Shown here one piece after another: positions 59,882 through 64,000 of a stretch of DNA of 64,000 bases. Origin of the DNA: the human T2T-CHM13v2.0 reference genome, Homo sapiens; NCBI RefSeq assembly GCF_009914755.1, contig NC_060933.1. One strand, written 5' to 3'. The translations under genes and the position numbers were made by a program. The notes under the pieces were generated by a model. It did no database searches and had not been told where the DNA came from. It saw only the letters and a program-made list of their open reading frames with translations. Each line of letters opens with the position of its first letter. The first letter of the stretch is position 1.

Positions 59882-60829
59882 TGATATTCTTTTCTTATAC
59901 AGTAATACATCATTATCTAATGCCTGTGACTACTATGGATTTCTATATATTTATTTATAGGGTGGAATGACTAGAATTACCAAAAGGAAGAAATACATAG
60001 CTTATATATGAGGAAAGCACTTTTGTAACAAAATTCTCCAAAAAGTGTTTATGATTACTGAACAACTTTTCAGACATTTTAAGACTTCTAATATAAAATT
60101 AACCATCATAATTATGTGGGCATCACAATAAATGCAAAGGATGCTTGGTAAAAATTTAAAATCACAAAATCTGTAATTTCTAATTTTCAGCTTTCCTTTT
60201 CCACAATAGCACAGTTTTGGTATTGACTTCTCCTACACAATTTGACTTCTGCTCTAATTTCTTTTTAATATAAGATTATATCAAATAGCTGAAACCCCAG
60301 TTCCTCAAGCAAAGGGAACATGCAACGGCCAATAATATTTGTATGAGCAACCAAACTTGCTGCTGAAAACAAATGAGCAGAGAGCTGCCAAGTGTGAGTG
60401 TGTTCTATGATGATAGTCAGCATTCACTATCAAGTTTTAATAACTTTTCAGTTATTGAACACATGGTCCTAGGTGACAAAGCTGAAATTTTAGCTGAACA
60501 GAATATTTATATAGCTCTCATTCTCTGCAGTAACTCAAGATGTACAAATATTGATTGATCAACTGTATAGAAAATATTTGGAATATTCCTTTTGGATTAC
60601 AAAGGATGAAATTTGGACTGACACTTTGGTAACTGAGTCTAGATGATAGCATAATAGGCCCAAAGCATTCTGTTCTCAGTCACAAGCAAAGTGGGAGGTG
60701 AAGAAATTTTGCATATGGGTTTTCCTAACTTAGAGAACATTCAGTACTGAGGCTATTGAACCAACAGGCAAAATTCTGTCAAGGCTGCTTTAAAATGGCA
60801 AACAAAAGGATTAGTGAGTCTGGAATTAT

Positions 60830-61335
60830 ACTCACAGGCCCTGTACCAGAATTTCATATACCAAGGACTCAATTTATCAAAGTTTAGCTACTTATATACT
60901 ACTGTCCTTGTTTTTATAAGTTTTCTCTTGGGTACCATTTTGTTTATATTTATATAATATATCTTTAAGTATTTTGCATTTTTATTTAAATGTATTTTAT
61001 AATGATAAATTATGCCATTTCTAGAACTGGAAAACCACTAACCTTGTGCCATATGCCATATGAGATGACTATAAAGCAAAGTTGATGGGAGCAAAACGTG
61101 TTATTAAACTTTAGTTAGAGGGTGATGCTTAACAAAGGCTGTAAGCCTGAAGGTTATCTGAGTTTTTTTTGTCAGGAAGAAAACCAAAATTTAGAGTGTT
61201 GTTTAAGACATATTAGAACTAAATTGAGACTTTTCTCCTTGAAGTACTCAAGCCTGAAAGATAATTGGAAAATACTTCTCTAACCACATAATATAATATT
61301 ACCCAAAGTTATTTCCACTGTTGAGAGTACCACAC
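60830..61335. mobile_element. Possible Charlie4-like hAT fragment, interrupted near its end by THE1D
   Basis: AAGACATATTAG...TGAGACTTTTCTCCTTGA and GTACCACAC resemble the recalled consensus. Confidence 0.4.
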
Positions 61336-63665
61336 TGATATGGTTTGGCTGTATCCCCATCCAAATCTCATCTTGAATTGTAGTTCCCATAATCCCCACG
61401 TGTCGTGGGAGGGACCTGGTGGGAGGTGATTTAATCATGGGGGTGTTTACTCTCATGCTGTTCTCATGATACTGAGTGAGTTTTCACAAGATCTGATGGT
61501 TTTAAAAGGAGCTTTTCCTCCTCTTGCTCATACCTTTCCCTTGATGCTGTTATGTGAAGAACGATATGTTTGCTTCCCCTTCTGTTATAATTGTTAAGTT
61601 TCCTGAGGCCCCCACCCCAGCCATGATGAACTGTGATTCAATTAAACCTCTTTCCTTTATAAATTACCCAGTCTGTGGTATGTCTTTATTATCAGCATGA
61701 GAATGAAGTAATACAGTAAAATGATATCAAGAGTGGGGTGCTGCTGTAAAGATACCTGAAAATGTGGAAGCAACTTTGGAACTGGGTAACCGGCAGAAGT
61801 TGGAACAGTTTAGAGGACTCAGAAGAAGATAGGAAAATGTGGGAAAGTTTGGAAATTCCTAGAGACTTGGAGGGCTCAGAAGACAGGAAGATGTAGAAAA
61901 GTTTGGAACTTCCTGACGCTTTTTGAATGGCTTTGACCAAAATGCTGATAGTGATATGGACAATAAAGTCCAGGCTGAGGTAGTCTCAGATGGACTTCCC
62001 TCAGATGTTGGAAACTGGAGTAAAGGTTACTCTTGCTATGCAAAGAGACTGGTGGCATTTTTCCTCTGCCCTAGAGATCTGTGGAAGTTTGAACTTGAGA
62101 GAGATGATTTAGGGTATCTGGTGGAAGAAATTTCTAAGCAGCAAAGCATTCAAGAGGAAGCAGAGCATAAAAGTTTGGAAAATTTGCAGTCTGATTATTC
62201 TATAGAAAAGAAAAACCCATTTTCTGGGAAGAAATTCAAGCCTGCTACAGAAATTTGCCTAAGTAATGAGAAGCCAAATATTAATCACCAAGATAATGAG
62301 GAAAATGTCTCCAAGGCATGTCAGAGATCTTCATGGCAGCCCCTCCTATCATAGTACTGGAGGGCTAGGAGGGAAAAACGGTTTCATGGTCTGGGCCCAG
62401 GGTCCCCCTGCTCTATGCAGCCTTGGGACATGGTGCCTAGGGTCCCAGCTGCTTCACCTCCAGCTGTGGCTAAAAGAAGCCAGTGTACAGCTCAGGCTGT
62501 TGCTTCAGATGGTGCAAGCTCCAAGCCTTTGTGGCTTCCATCTGGTGTTGGTCCTGCAGGTGCATAGAAGACAATAATTGAGATTTGGGAACCTCCACCT
62601 GGATTTCAGAGGATGTGTGGAAATGCCTGGATGTCCAGGCAGAATTTTACTACAGAGGCAGAGGCCTCATGAAGAACCTCTGCTAGGGCAGTGTGAAAAG
62701 GAAATTTGGGGTTGGAACCCCCACACACAGTACCCACTAGGGCACTGCCTCGTGGAGCAATGAGAAGAGGGCTACAGTTCACCAGGCCCCAGAATGGTAT
62801 ATCCAGCAACAGTTTGCACCTGGAAAAGCTTCAGACACCCAACGCCAGCCTGTGAAAGCATCTGGGAGAGGAGCTTTACCCTGCAAAGCTATAGGGGCGG
62901 AGCTGCCCAAGGCCATGGGAGCCCACCTCTTGCATCAGCGTGACATGCATGTGAGACATGGGGTCAAAGGAGATCATTTTGGAACTTTAAGGTTTAATGA
63001 CTGCCTATTGGATTTTGGACTTCCATGGGGCCTATAGCCCCTTCGTTTTGGCCCATTTCTCACATTTAGAATGGGTGTGTTTACCCAATGCCTGTACCAC
63101 CATTTTGTCTAGGAAGCAACTAACTTGCTTTTGATTTTACAGGCTCATAGGTGGAAGGGACTTACCTCAGATGAGACTTTGGACTTGGACTCTTGAGTTA
63201 ATGCTAGACTTTGAAGGACTGTTGGAAAGGTATTATTGTGTTTTGAAATGTGAGGACATGAGATTTGGCAGGGGCCAGGGGCAGAATGATATGGTATGGC
63301 TGTGTCCCCACCCAAATCTGATCTTAAATTGTAGTTCCCATAATTCCCATGTGTCGTGGGAGAGATGTGGTGGGAGGTGATTTAGTCACATTGGTGGTTA
63401 CCCTCATGCTGTTCTTGTGATAGTGAGTGAGTTCTCATGAGGTCTGATGGGTTTTTAAGGGGCTTTCCCCACTTTTGCTTGGCACTACTCCTTGCTGCCA
63501 CCATGTGAAGAAAGACGTATTTGCGTCCCCTTCTGCTACGATAGTAAGTTTCTTGAGGCTTCCCCAGCTATGTTGAGCTGTGACTCAATTAAACTTCTTT
63601 CCTTTATAAATTACCCAGTCTTGGGTATATCTTTTAATAAAGCAGCATGAGAACAGAATGATATC
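61336..63665 (+). mobile_element. Complete THE1D element: 5' LTR 61336-61715, internal 61716-63286, 3' LTR 63287-63665
   Basis: Two homologous LTRs starting TGATATGG; purine tract GGCAGGGGCCAGGGGCAGAA before the 3' LTR; TSD CACAC (61331-61335, 63666-63670). Confidence 0.96.
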
Positions 63666-63699
63666 CACACTATAAGATATATGAAACATTTTCTTATAA

Positions 63700-64000
63700 T
63701 AGCTCACTGGCTGCTCTGTCTGTAGGTTTTTGTGCATATAATAAAATCCAATATACAGTAGCTTAATCAAGTGGACTTTTTGTTTTTGCATTAATCAAAA
63801 TCTGAAGTTAGGGAGTAGAGGGATAAGGAAGATGCTTGAGAAAGTCATTGTGTCTCAGTTTCTTCTAATCCTTTGCTCCACTGCCTTTAATATTGCATCC
63901 ATCACTATACAGGAAGAAGAGTAAAAGACAAAATGCAATGGGCCACCAGTCAAGTCTTTCTTTCTATTGTGAAGAAACATAGCTTATTCTTCACGTAGAC
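63700..64000 (-). mobile_element. Possible MLT1J/K-like LTR fragment
   Basis: ACAGTAGCTTAATCAAG...TTTCTTCTAATCCTTTGCTCCACTGCC. Confidence 0.35.

Noticed and set aside
61811-61915. ~55-bp tandem duplication in the THE1D internal region
   Set aside because: I recall this as common in THE1D/MST internal sequences, so probably inherited from the source element.
61923-62577. 143-aa and 103-aa ORFs as a novel gene
   Set aside because: Decayed THE1 internal ORF, broken by stops.

Overview
Primate (probably human/hominoid, given AluY and L1PA3-type copies) AT-rich, repeat-dense non-coding DNA. I can support no host protein-coding gene; every long ORF in the track comes from L1, Alu, THE1 or a NUMT. 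Contents: several L1s (L1PA, L1PB, L1MB/ME), six Alus, THE1/MST/MLT1 LTR elements including a complete THE1D, an ERVL relic, hAT/mariner MITEs, and a 2.4-kb ND2-WANCY-COI NUMT. The interest is in the insertion junctions. (1) One L1PA5/6-type element seems split into three colinear pieces at two sites ~2 kb apart, with a 321-bp target duplication. (2) The NUMT is flanked by a perfect 18-bp direct repeat at an L1-endonuclease-like site. (3) An ancient, near full-length L1MB has a very large 5' inversion. (4) A short L1 stub carries a probable 24-bp 3' transduction. (5) An AluSp has an inverted templated insertion. Subfamily names come from my recall of consensus sequences and need RepeatMasker/Dfam confirmation.
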